64,000 bases of DNA from Auanema rhodensis (Eukaryota > Animalia > Nematoda), in assembly GCA_964057225.1 (NCBI GenBank), contig OZ059894.1, forward strand, positions 17,670,001 through 17,734,000, given 5' to 3'. Made by a program: the position numbers and the translations under genes. Of the stretch, positions 1 to 12,743 are shown piece by piece (position 1 is the first letter of the stretch; each line of letters starts with the position of its first letter). The notes beneath the pieces are model-generated. The model made no database searches, was not told the origin of the DNA, and saw only the letters and a list, made by a program, of their open reading frames with translations.

Positions 1-833
1 CAGAGAAATTCCGTTAATCCTAGCTCATATACATAGTTAGCTAGTTTACCTTTTCGTTCTGAACTTTTTTAAACCTAATAATGGTTTCATATTGATTTAT
101 GCTCACTACAGCTTCGTATTTGCCCGATTCAATCATAATCATCAATTTTTCCAATTCTTCCTCCTCCTCTCTCCCTCTCTCTCTTTCCCTCTCCTTACCT
201 CTCTCTTTCTCTCTTTATATCTGTTTTATTCAGTCACGTTTGACTCACTTCTGTTTGCTTCTTCGTCCAACAGGACAATGCTGACATAACTGTCTGTACA
301 CGTCATCTAGTTCAATGTTAATGCATTTGCCGAATGAAACTAAGATGCATGTTTTCATATCCTGTGGGCTTAAGATTGTCGGTATGTCTTCTGTTTCATC
401 TATAACTTGTTGTGTTATATCTATTCTATTGTATATGATGTATAATACAATGAATAGAATTGCAAAGTACTATCTTTCAATGATTGTACATCATAATCAT
501 CATTTTGATTATCAGCACACATGTATTCAAGTAATTTATTTTAAATGATAATATGAATATATAATTTATATTTTTAATATTTCAAAGAGTTTTTTCAAAG
601 TTTTCTTTCATTTCAATCCATTATTCATATTTATTTCGTTTTATCTTTTTTTCCTTTTCAAGACTTTTTTGTCGTTAACTCGTTAAGATGGTCGCAGACA
701 CTGTGTTCTTCACCGTCCAGCCACGTGTACCAATTTGTGTATTCGTCGCCCCGTTGTCGACTTTTTTCTTTCGCTCTTTCAACTTACTTTGGAATTTGTT
801 CGAATTCTTTTCATAGCCACTCTCTACCTCACG

Positions 834-947
<114 letters not shown>

Positions 948-3697
948 GACAACTGTTCGATCTAATGTATGTGTGCATTACGTGGCAATGCATCTGAAGC
1001 AAACGATTCATTCTACAATACCACGTACAATGAGTTTGTGAATGCCACGACTTCCCCAGCTGCAACAGTGGTTGTTGATGCTAACCAACGATCTCTCATC
1101 TATTGTAGAATATCCATGTGGTCCGCGCTGCAAAACCCTTCACATTCATCAATTTTATTTAATTCTATTCGTTTATATTTAGCACCAAATATACAAAAAC
1201 ATGAATGATTTTAATGAAATTCAATCAATTAACTATGTATTATATACAGTTTGAATAAAATTTATTTTTTATAATCAGTAAATCACATCGTATATCTACT
1301 ATCATATTACATATTTATAATATTATAAATATTTAAAATATGTCATTCTATCTTGTCCTTTCTCTCTCTCTCTCACTTTTTCTCTCTCTATCTCTATCTC
1401 TCTCTATTTTTATCTATAAATCATATTTAATATAGTTTATGATAATGATTATTCATTACCAGCTCCACCCAATAGCACAATTTCTTATCCAAGATCGTCT
1501 CGAATCTAGAGAGCGAGACTATGAGCGAGAGAGTAAGGAAATATGAGAAACATACAGATTGAGAGTTAGAAGAGGATCACCATGTATGATCGTTAGGTTT
1601 GATTACGACCTAACGACCTCAGGTCACTCCTCCCACCTTTGGCCATGACAGCAGCTCCGCCCCTCAAGCTATCAGTAGGAGTAGTTGGTTGTCTTAAGAA
1701 CAGTTGTAGCTGTTTCTCCTCATCAATTCAACTGTTTCATTCTACATAATTTCAATCACATCCATGTGTGTTCTTCAAAATGAAGAAGTATGAAGCATTT
1801 CTTTGAGAACAGAGCGCCACCTGCGTTAGCGATGATTCACTGAAAGAATTCGCACTTGTTTCTGAGTTTCAAACCATATTTGATCGAATTCCCCCTTCCC
1901 CTTTCTATCTTCAAACCAATTTCTTTAATTATATGTATAGTTAGAACTACTAATTTATGTCTATGTAGCATTTATATACATATGTATTTGCCAATTGATG
2001 TTTCGGCTGTCGATTTGCAATACAACTCGACATTCTCATATTAGGAGTTGTCAGTGCGACGACAACCACATTTTGGCGCACCTTGACCTTCGTTCCATTG
2101 TTTTTAGGAAATCTATTCATGGTATAATGATGGTGCTGCCGTCGATACTGTATAATTTCACATCATTAACTGAGAAGTTTCCGCCTTTTTTCATTTATTC
2201 CACAACAGACTGTCGGAATCGGCTTTCCTTCATGCTATTCTCTTTCTCTATTCCATTCGTCTACCAACCATGTCTGTTCTTTTTCTCTATTTCAATGATG
2301 GATCCCATTGTATCTTTTTTTTTCATTTCCTTGCTCTCAGACGAATATTTCTTCTTCAACTCCTTTTCTTCTATGTTCATCATTATTTCCATTTTTCTGA
2401 TTTTTCGTTTAGCGAATTCATGCCGACATCATCAGCCGTCAATTGGATTGAGAGTGCTGTGTGTCTGGTAGAATAGCAAGTCTAGACCGTTGTGTCTGTC
2501 TTCAATCTTTTTCTCTTATTTTGCCGGCAGGATAGTGCCAGACTTTTGCTATAATGTCTTCCAGTATTTCACTTTCTTGACCCAGTTATAAGATGAACAT
2601 TTTCATAATTTTCTCTTTGATGTGTCTCATTCGTTTTGAGTTATATCTTTTCATATTCTCTCACATATTTTGTTTTTAATCCTTCTTCTTCAAAACTAAT
2701 TCGAATTATTTTTTTCAGATCAAGTGGAAGACCACTGTAAGCTCAGCCGATACACTCATCGTCGGCTAAGTAATTGAAAAAAATGTAAAAGAAGAGAAAG
2801 TTGTAGATTAAAGTATCATATGGTGAGTCATACAGTATTTCATTATAGTATTGACCCTTTTTGACTATAATCCGATTTATTTCTCTTTTATTGTATTTTC
2901 ACAGCTTGTCTAACTATTTTTCGTTGGTTAGAGTTGATATGTAAGAAAAGAAGGCGTGAACATCAGACATAAATTTGAATGATAGTTGTATTCCTTGAAC
3001 AGGTTTCAAACCTTGTCGTCCATTCTTTTCAATGGAACGGCTTAATATGAATATACCAAAAAACATATCTCATCTTATTTGATACTTCTCATTGTGATTT
3101 TCGAGGAAAAAAAACAGATGAATTATCATTTATGTCAATTTATTAATTACTTTACATCCGAAAAAAGAGAGAGAGAAAAAGTTTGAAGTTAAAAGATAAG
3201 AATCTTAGTCTTATGAAGGTCAATAAACTCTCACCCCCCAACCCCCCTTCAGTCCAGAAATTGATGAGGCCAAGGTAGCTCTTAAATGAATCAAATTGTA
3301 GTTCTAATTAATCTGATTTCATCCATGTACATCATAACTCATATGTTTTGGCTCTGAATGATGCCCTTCACCTTTCCCTCTATTTCTCTCTCTCTCTCTC
3401 TCTCCCTCTCTCTTCTTCAATCCCTCTTTATATTATTTAACCTGTCAATATCTAATGTTTATATATATATAATTATATTATTTTATTATTTCAGAATATA
3501 ATAATTGCATTCGTCATCATATAACATCAACTATTCAATATCTATATATTTTCATTTCTTTCAACATATTGTTCTACAGATTTCTCTTTAGAGGTGAGTA
3601 ATAATATGTTTTAATATACATATATAGTTTATTATACACATAAATAGCTGAATTTGTCTTGAAAATCCTCATTTTCTCTATTTTTCAGACTTCTAAA

Positions 3698-3817
3698 ATG
3701 GGAACAAGGTCACACTTCAGCAGACCAGAGTTATCCACTTGCTCAACAACACTTTGGGATATAAGACCTGAACTGGTACACCATCTTACAACATCTATTA
3801 CCAGGAAACCATTCTGA
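3698..3817 (+). CDS. Putative 39-aa small ORF (MGTRSHFSRPELSTCSTTLWDIRPELVHHLTTSITRKPF) in a spliced transcript
   Basis: TTTTCAG acceptor ends at 3688, aaaATGG start context, upstream exon-like segments 2719-2769 and 3494-3593 bounded by TTCAG and GT, downstream AATAAA near 4574. No recognisable homology. Confidence 0.3.
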   Translation: MGTRSHFSRPELSTCSTTLWDIRPELVHHLTTSITRKPF

Positions 3818-4847
3818 ATATTCATCTATATTCTATGATTCGTCATGTTTTATGATGATGACAGAATGGCAAAAATCAAATAATATCCTATTTCATCCTC
3901 AACAATTTAAAAAATCATTTATTCATTCCAATATTATTATTAATCATTCCAAACTCAAAAAAAACGAAATATATATTAGTAATTTATTATAATTATTACA
4001 TATCATTAGAAGAAATTGAGGAAAAAAATTAAAAAATAATGCCTTATCTGGCCAAGATATTTTCAAAAATTTCAATTATTGTCATATATTTATTAAAAAA
4101 AAATTATAAGAAGGTCCTAGTCTAATAACTATTTTCTTTTATTTTTTACTTGAAAAATGAGAGAAAATGTTATTTTACATATAAAATTTTCTTTTGTAAA
4201 CTAAATTTATTAATTTCCTTTTTTGTAATTTTTTTTGGTTTTTCTAATTATGCATAGCATTGTTAGTTGTCGACCAACACGTCAGCAGCGCCTGTGATTG
4301 ATGTACAGTCTTCTTGGTAGAAGAAAACCCTTTTTTATAGTTATTTATTTCATTATAATCATTTTATTATTATATATAATATACATATATACATATAATA
4401 TATATATATAAATATATGTATATTTGTATTATTCATTTTATTCATTCATATCTCTAGTTCTTTTTTTCTTTTTCTTTTTGATATTTTGTATGATGCAGCG
4501 CCTCACCACAAGTGCCTTATGTGCTGTACATACATACTACTATTATCTTTATATTTTGTATTTTATTATTACAAATAAACTCTTTTTTTGATTAAAAAAG
4601 GATAAAAGATGATTTAAGAACTTAACAAACAAACAAAGAAAATAATCGAAGTTCATATATGTACATATGTATGTATAGATGTAGATATAACATCATAATG
4701 TCTATACAAATAGTATGGAAACTATTTTAATTATAAAGTTTCAATAAAAGTATTTTAAATTACAAAGAATATTATATATTTTCTGAAAAATAATTTTAAA
4801 AAAAGGTTTTAAGATAATAAAAATTTATTTATATGTATGAATATATG

Positions 4848-5036
4848 TATTAAAGTTGGACAAAATTCCAAAATATTCAACTGCTACTGTAGTCGATTAT
4901 GAATTTTGAAAATTATCGACTTTTGACTGAAATCGACTTGATCAATATACTAATTTATTGAATTTTAACTTAGTCGACTTTCAATTCTAGTCGATAATCT
5001 ATATATTCGATTTTGGAATTATATCCAACTTTAATA
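4848..5036. mobile_element. MITE-like element with ~26-bp imperfect terminal inverted repeats
   Basis: TATTAAAGTTGGACAAAATTCCAAAA (from 4848) is the near reverse complement of TTTTGGAATTATATCCAACTTTAATA (5011-5036); TA ends; internal TCGA-containing subrepeats. Confidence 0.7.
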
Positions 5037-5371
5037 TATGTCTACTAATATAAACTATTATAAACTAATATAATTAAATATTTCTATCTACAAAAAATAA
5101 TATTATAAACATATAATTTTGAATATAAAATACAACATGTATAACTGATGAAATATAATTTCAAATAGAAAGCAGAGATTGATCAAGTGAAGAAATGGTA
5201 TTGAGATTTTTTCCCGTAATTAAGAGTGAAGGCATTACTAATAACGTAATTATAAAAATTTTGTTTAATTCAAAGAAAATTTTGAAATAAACATTAATGA
5301 AATGAAAAATGGAACGTTTAGATGTTGTTGTTGTTCTTTCTGGTTTGTTTTTTATCTTATTAACTTTCAGA

Positions 5372-8310
5372 TTACCATTCAATTTGAATATTCTCATAGA
5401 GATGTCGCCTATTGGAATAGCATGTACCCGAATTTTCACAAAGCTCCAACAGTTCATGAATAACCTGAGCAATTTGTTTTAATATATTTTATAATTATAA
5501 TTATGATCACCTTATCAAGTTGTTGCTTAGTATGAGCTGCAGAAATACAGAAACGGATACGAGCTTCTGTCATTTCGGTGGCTGGGTATGAGACAACTAC
5601 AACACCAACACCACGATTTAGCATTTCACGTCCGAAGAATCTAGAAAAACATTTTTTTTTAAAATTAATTTAATTATTTAAATTCATACCCGCATTTAGC
5701 TGGATAGTATGTCATAACTGGCACAACAGGACTATCATCACTACCATAAACAACAATACCAGCTTGTTTAAGCTTAAGTCGGAAATATCGAGAATTGCGA
5801 GCCAATCGTTCAATTCGAAGAGCGCCTGAAAATAAAAAAAAAATAACTAAATGTTTATTAAATGCAATTCAAACCATCATTTGTTCCATCTTTACCCATA
5901 ATAATAGACATTGAAGTTATGACTTGTTGGGCAACTGGAGCAGACATTGGAGCACTATAGTAGCATGTATGAGAATATTGACGTAAATGATCAATCACTT
6001 TCTAAATTATAAAAATTATAAAAAAAATTAATTTTAAGACCAAGTATCACCTTAGATCCAGCTATATATCCACCAGCCGATCCAAAACTTTTAGTAAATG
6101 TTCCCATCATGATATCAACATCAGTAGTTTTACAACCCCAATATTCAACAACTCCACGTCCAGTTTGTCCCATAGCTCCTGAAAATGTTGTTTTAACATA
6201 AGGTTGTAAGTTATATTCTTTGATTACCAATAGAATGAGCTTCATCCAAATATAGATATGTTTTATATTTCTTTTTTATTTCAATAATCTTTGGTAATGG
6301 GCAAATTGATCCTTCCATAGAATAAATACCTATTAATATATTTTTTAAATTAATTAAATTAAAAAACTTTAACTGATTTACCTTCAATAACAATAATAAT
6401 TTTTCCATATTGCTTTTTTGTTTTTGGATTACCATCACGTAAAGCTTCAACTATAATTTGTTCCAAATGTTCAACATCTGAAATTGATTACACTATCATG
6501 ACCATTTGCCAACAGTTTATGTAATAATTTGTTTTTCTTCGTTGACAATCATGTTTGGCTTACCATTATGACGAAATACTTTGATAACAGCCCCGGAAAG
6601 TCTGCATCCCAGAATTAGAGAAGTATGATTTCGTTGATCAGATATCAAAAGAGTATTCTAAAACAATTAACAAACATTATCAAAACTGAAATGAAGTGGT
6701 GTGATACCTTATCAGCTAAAGCTGTGATATTCATCGAATTAGTTGCAAAACCCATACTACAACATATAGCGTCTTCTAATCCTAAGAATTCAGCAACAAG
6801 TTGTTCAAGATCGCGTTGATGAGTGGGTGTTCCTTAAAAGCAAAATAGTTTTATATTTCCCTAGAGATCAAGTTGCTAACCAAGTTCTTTAATAGTTGAA
6901 CATTGAGAAATACCAAATTTCTCAATAGCTGCGATTGCACCATCAGCACATGGTCCAGAAGCTTGAGCGAATCCCAAATAGTTATAAGAGCTTACATTAA
7001 CAACTTTAGATCGAGTTCCAGGAAATCTAAATATAGCATTTATCAACAGAACTTTCTGAATTTATTTTCCTTTTGTTTGATTTTGTTCTAACAGGTCTTA
7101 AAGTTTCTGTTTAACACTGTTTTTACAATATTTAACTATGTTAACTATGTTAGTTAAAAGCATATTCATATGATTGTACTTACGAGAAAGTCCAGTTATT
7201 ATCATGAGTAACACGATCTAACAGCTCAACTGTTGATCCTGGCACAGTAGCAATCGGACGCTCAAACACATCTCTAATGCTTAAAGTAAATGAAGATTGT
7301 TTTTAAAATATTACACAAAACGTTAAATTACCGAATATACATCCTACGTTGATAAAGAGCATCAAAATCGGAATACAGAGGTACAAAATCCTGCAAATGT
7401 TGCACTTAAGTTCAATTTTTCCAGACAAGCTATTATTCACAAAAACTTTGAAAATATTGTGCAAACAAACCTTATGTTTCTCAATTTCTTTTGTTCCTTT
7501 ATCTTCTTCTAATCCTAGAACAACTAAAAAATGACGGAAATAGGCAGATGCGATCAGAATAAGCCAAGCGATGTAGATAGTTACAGCTCGAATCATGCTG
7601 AGCTGAAACTTTCAAGTAGAAACATCTTGTCCGATATATTGAGATCATACCTCCTCAAACTCATTAGGGCTTCGGTTATTAACGTCTCCATAGATATCGT
7701 GAGTTACTGCTGGTTTCAAAGGCTCCCTCTCATCCTTTTTAGGCACCGCAGCATGATGTATCTAGAAGAAATTAAATAAATATCTTTATTCAATTTCTTA
7801 TATTTAAAAAGAAAATAAGAAAATATTTCATGTCAAGTGAAATACTATATATTAATTTCAATTTCATAGTTTGATTGCTAAATTAAAAATAAATAAATAA
7901 ATTCGAAAACAAATAAATACGAAAGTTTCTAATGTATTAATTGAAAATTCTGAATATTTTAACTTACAATCGGAGAAGGTATCTTAGAAATCACAGCTGC
8001 TGCAGCTCGGACTTCATCACCTTTTGATTTCTGAACTGCTTTCCGGCTGAAGATTTTCATTTATTCAATGATATTTAGAATAATCTTACTTTTCAACTTT
8101 AACTAAAAGTTTTTCTTCAACTATTTCATTCTGTGGTTTATGAATAATATTTGTATCAATCTATAAAGATTTTTATCAAATTATTCTTATATATGTATTC
8201 TCTTGTTAACATACCAAAAGAGATTTTGCACTCTCCAAATGCAATGGAAAGTTTTGATAAACCGGAGAACGGCGAACACTTACAACTTCGACCTCAACGT
8301 CGTGAACCAT
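5372..8310 (-). CDS. Serine palmitoyltransferase LCB2/SPTLC2-type subunit (sptl-2 or sptl-3 class), multi-exon
   Basis: PLP-lysine motif [27 protein letters not shown]; ATG at 8310, ends ...NIQIEW-TAA at 5372. Confidence 0.95.
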
Positions 8311-9848
8311 CTTCAATAGATAAAATATAATAAAAGAAAGAAAATAATAAAGTTTTATAGAGAAAATAATTAAAATAAGATAGACACTGATATCTAAGAA
8401 AGAAAATAATCAAGTGTTTATACTAAAGCTTTTGATGAATGAATCACTATGATAAATATTTTAAATATAAAAAAAGTTAAAAATATGACAAGAATAACGT
8501 ATGAATAGATGTTTCCATCTTATCAAAGTACTCGATGAATCTGTCAATGTATCACTTATCAACATATAGTTAATGATTCACATCGGTTTTCAATATGATA
8601 CAACAAAAACATTTAACCATTTTTGAATAAGTTTAATAAAAGTTTTTTCTTAATTTCATTGAATTTTTCATTATTAAAGTTCAAAATTTATCAAAAAAAA
8701 ATAAATTTTAAACTGTTTACTTGTATTAAGAACTAGGTTTGGGTAGAAAATGTATAATCTTCGCAATGGCATCGCACACCAAGTCTTGTTGGTTCTCCAG
8801 ACAACGAATAGCATTTTATGAATGAATTGGCTAAGAAGTTTGAAATGGCTGTGAGTATAGCGTAAGATGTTTTTAACGGCAAATGAGAAAAATTGAAACA
8901 AGCTGGAATCTAGTTGTTCGTCAGTCATACATACAGTTGTGTAGCATTTTGTATAATAAAGGAGTGAACTCGAGGTACTTTGAGCTGATTGGGCAGCTAA
9001 AAAGCAAACAGAAGGGTAGAGAGAAAATTGAGGAGAGAAAAGGCTGAAGACGAAAACCGGCTGTTAACAGAATCTAGAAGTAGATGATGACGACGACGAC
9101 ATGTTGGAGAAGGATGGCGCGATTGTAGTTATTCGTATCTCAGTTGTAGGAAACAGAGCATGTCGAAAACCTTAAAAACGACTGTTTGAAATGGAAGAGC
9201 CAAGGTATGGGCTGAGTGGACTGAACGTTTCGGAGTTCAAAAGACTAAAAGCCTAGATGATCGCGAGCCGAGAGAGAATGAAAAAGTCAGAGAAATTAAG
9301 AAACAATAGGGCTTCAGGCTTGTAAGCTAATATGTAGCAAACTATCAAAAATGTTAATAAAATCAGTGAATAATATTGTTTTTCTGTTGTTGTTTTTTTT
9401 TTGGATTTCAAAAGTAAAATGCTGCATTTTAAAAATTATATTTAAAGGAAAATTATTTTAATTTCTTCAGTTGGTTCATCAACAGTTGATAAAATCTTAT
9501 CAATTGAACAATAAATTTGCAAGGGCAACAAACAAAATTTTTGACGTTATATATTGAATAGTAGCTACTGAAATAAAAAAGAAAACTGAAGTAATATCAT
9601 ATAAACGTTTATCAAAGAAAAAAATTAATATTAGACTTTACGTCTAATAAAAGTTTAAAAAAATCATAAAAATAGTACGGAAATTAGATGATTTTCAATA
9701 ATTGTTTAGTCGATTCACTTAATTTTAGTTATGCTCCAATATCGTAAGGTTGCAAAATCAATAGTGCAATGTATTAGGATTCCTATTATGATATGGTACA
9801 TATTCTATATTTGAGAGAAGAAGAGAAAGCTTATAAATGGAAGAGAAG

Positions 9849-9853
<5 letters not shown>

Positions 9854-9893
<40 letters not shown>
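9854..9893. repeat. (GA)n microsatellite
   Basis: Pure GA run; further GA-rich tracts near 10.4 kb and 10.9 kb. Confidence 0.9.
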
Positions 9894-9897
<4 letters not shown>

Positions 9898-12743
9898 TAC
9901 AAAGAGAGAAGTCCGACTAGATAGAAAACGACAGACAGGAGAGTGAGTAATGGAGCTATCAAAGAAAAGAAAGAGTAAAAGAGTAAGCACCTATGAGAGT
10001 ATGTAAATGAGCAAATAAGAGTGAGTGTAGACGTCTAGTGATTGGAAACACTCTCATTTCATAAATTTTCTTAAAAACCTTTGATTTTTAACTGAAATTT
10101 TCTAATCAATTAAAAAAAATGAAGATAAAAAATGATTTTTTGTGGCTCTTGTACTTTATATATCTTCATTTGCTCTCCAAAGTTTTCCTATACGTGAGTT
10201 GTTAGCTGTCTTATTCATTATAATAAACATTAAAACGTTTATTTCTTGCCTATCATCAAGCTATTACGACATTTTGTGCAAAGTTATAGAGATAGTTTGA
10301 TTGAATGACTCATACATACAATCCATAACCGGAATATTGTAAACAGAGCATAGAAACAATTAAAAAATGGAGGAACTTAGGAAAAGAACGTATTCAACAA
10401 AGAGAGAGAGATGAAGTGAAGGTGAGAGAGAGAGAGAGAGATCAAGCTAGCAAACGGCTTCTCTTCATATGTTTAACAGGCAGGGATGAATGAAGTCCGA
10501 GAGATGAACAATGAGCATCACGTAGGTCTTTCACCATATTGTCTGTTCTTTGAAGCCCAAAATGTTTGGGATTTCCATAGAAACCATTTCATATAATAAG
10601 CGCTGAAAGGAAAATAAAGCGACAATTCAGTGGGTCAGTAAAGCAGGAAATAAGCATAAATGAGATAAATGTATGAGATATAGCTTTGATTGATTATTTT
10701 CAAAAATAAATGAAATGAGAGTAAATCACAGATAAGGACATCAAAGGTGAGGAGAATTACAACCGATCATCACATTTGCATTGTTTGAAACAAAGCAAAC
10801 ACTCACGTGAAAACCATGCACTTGTAGCGAAATTAAAGACGAAAAGAAAGTACTTTATTTGTAGTAAGGAAATGGATGAATTTAATGTTTTATACCTAGA
10901 GAGATAGAGAGAGATATATGTATAGAGAGAGATATGTACAGAGAGAGAGAGAGATGTATAGAGAGAGAGAGAGAGAGAGAGATAGAGAGAGAGCAACAAT
11001 ATAATGTACATGTATAGATACATACCGATTGAACACAATAGTACAGTTAATACATAAAGGAGAAGAAGTAAATAAAACTTAATTCTTAAATAAATTTTCA
11101 AAGTTAAACTATATGTATCTAAGATGTATTATAACACCTTTAACCGAAAATTCTACGAAGAGTTTGAAACAAAAATATTTTAAAGAAAAGACGCTTTGAT
11201 AAACAAATCATCATCATCGTTTTGTGCTTTCCCTTCTTCTCTCAATTCTTTTAACATTCTTATCCTTCTTTTCTGAAGTTCTAGAAAGATAGAGAGAGAG
11301 GAGGGAAAAGGAAGAGAGACAGCAATAAATAGAGAGAAAAAAAAGGAAACAACGTTTGAAAGAACGAGCAAAGGACAGAGCATATTATAGAATTCTGGAA
11401 CTTTGTGTATGTGTGCTTAGACACTTTTCTGTGTAGACGTTTGTCATCTAAAAAAACGAAACAACTTTATGAAATAGTTACTTTATGATAGAAATATGCT
11501 ATTGTATATGAATGCGATGGTTAAAAAACCGAATAAATAATGTTATTATACCGTATAGTGTTGTTTACATTTTTCTGAAAAAGGCTTTGAGCTTTTCATG
11601 TAAATTTTGGAATAAAATTTGGATCAAACACATCATAATCACATTGTTTGTTGTTAAACTATTAAACATAAATATTAATATAGTTTATTGATATTTGAAT
11701 TCAGCTTTATCATATTAATATCAAAAGGATTTGTTGTTTCATTTAATAATCTACATATGTATTATATATCATCATATAAACTATCAAAAGCTTTTATATA
11801 GAGATATATGAAACATCTCTTTTCGATTTAGTTTTAATTACCTTTTATACTCATGATAGATAACATACAAACTAATGAAATAAAATAAAAATGATAAGAA
11901 TATCATGAAATTGAGGCATAAAACTCTCGAAAGAACACACGAAAAGTAAAAATTCAATAGTTTTACACAAGTAGTACAATCAGACTACATCACGATCAAT
12001 CATTATTCCGGTATAGTAAATGATAAGAATTATATAAGTTTTGATATGAGATAATCTATGATTTCAATGTTTGTTGTAAACGGTTATATATTTTTTTCGA
12101 TAAAAACTAAAAGTTATCTTGTTTCAAATTGACATCCACGTCCTCTCCAACTTCTTCTGAAGACCATGAGGACTGGGTGGTCATGTCAATATTTGAAAAT
12201 TACAAAAGGGACATGTAAATATTTGAGAAATCGTTGTCTCTATTCAACTTCCAGCTCTCTTCGTTTGACTTTTAAAACTTCCGTTTAACTTTCTGAGCAT
12301 ATTATAAGTTTCATGATATATTCATGAACATATAAATTTTTTTTTCAAAGTTTTAAATGATATATAATACAAAGTTTTAAGACAAAGTAGGAAGCTTTTC
12401 GTAAGACATATAGAGTATGAATCATTTATTTGAATTTCTTCTAAATTAACAAAATCACGATGAGATACTTCTAAAGTTTACGGTCAGAAAGTAAATATTA
12501 ATTCAAAAAAGTTTAAAAAATTGGAATGAAAATGTTTAAGAAATACAAAATAGATTTGAAATATGACATAAGATAAAACAAATAGTTTCATCAATTAAAC
12601 ATTATATCTTAGTTGAATATGCTAAATATATGTTATAATTAATATTAAAAAATAATATAGTTATTCATATTTGTATTACAAAATAGTTTATATATTTACA
12701 AAGGACTTAGATAATCTGGTTAACCCGCTATAACCACACAGTT

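Noticed and set aside
1030-1050. GTGAATGCCACG resembling the miR-124 3' end
   Set aside because: The seed TAAGGCAC is absent
12140-12182. Possible H-type pseudoknot (GTCCTC/GAGGAC, GACCA/TGGTC)
   Set aside because: Short helices expected by chance; does not fit HDV-like ribozyme topology
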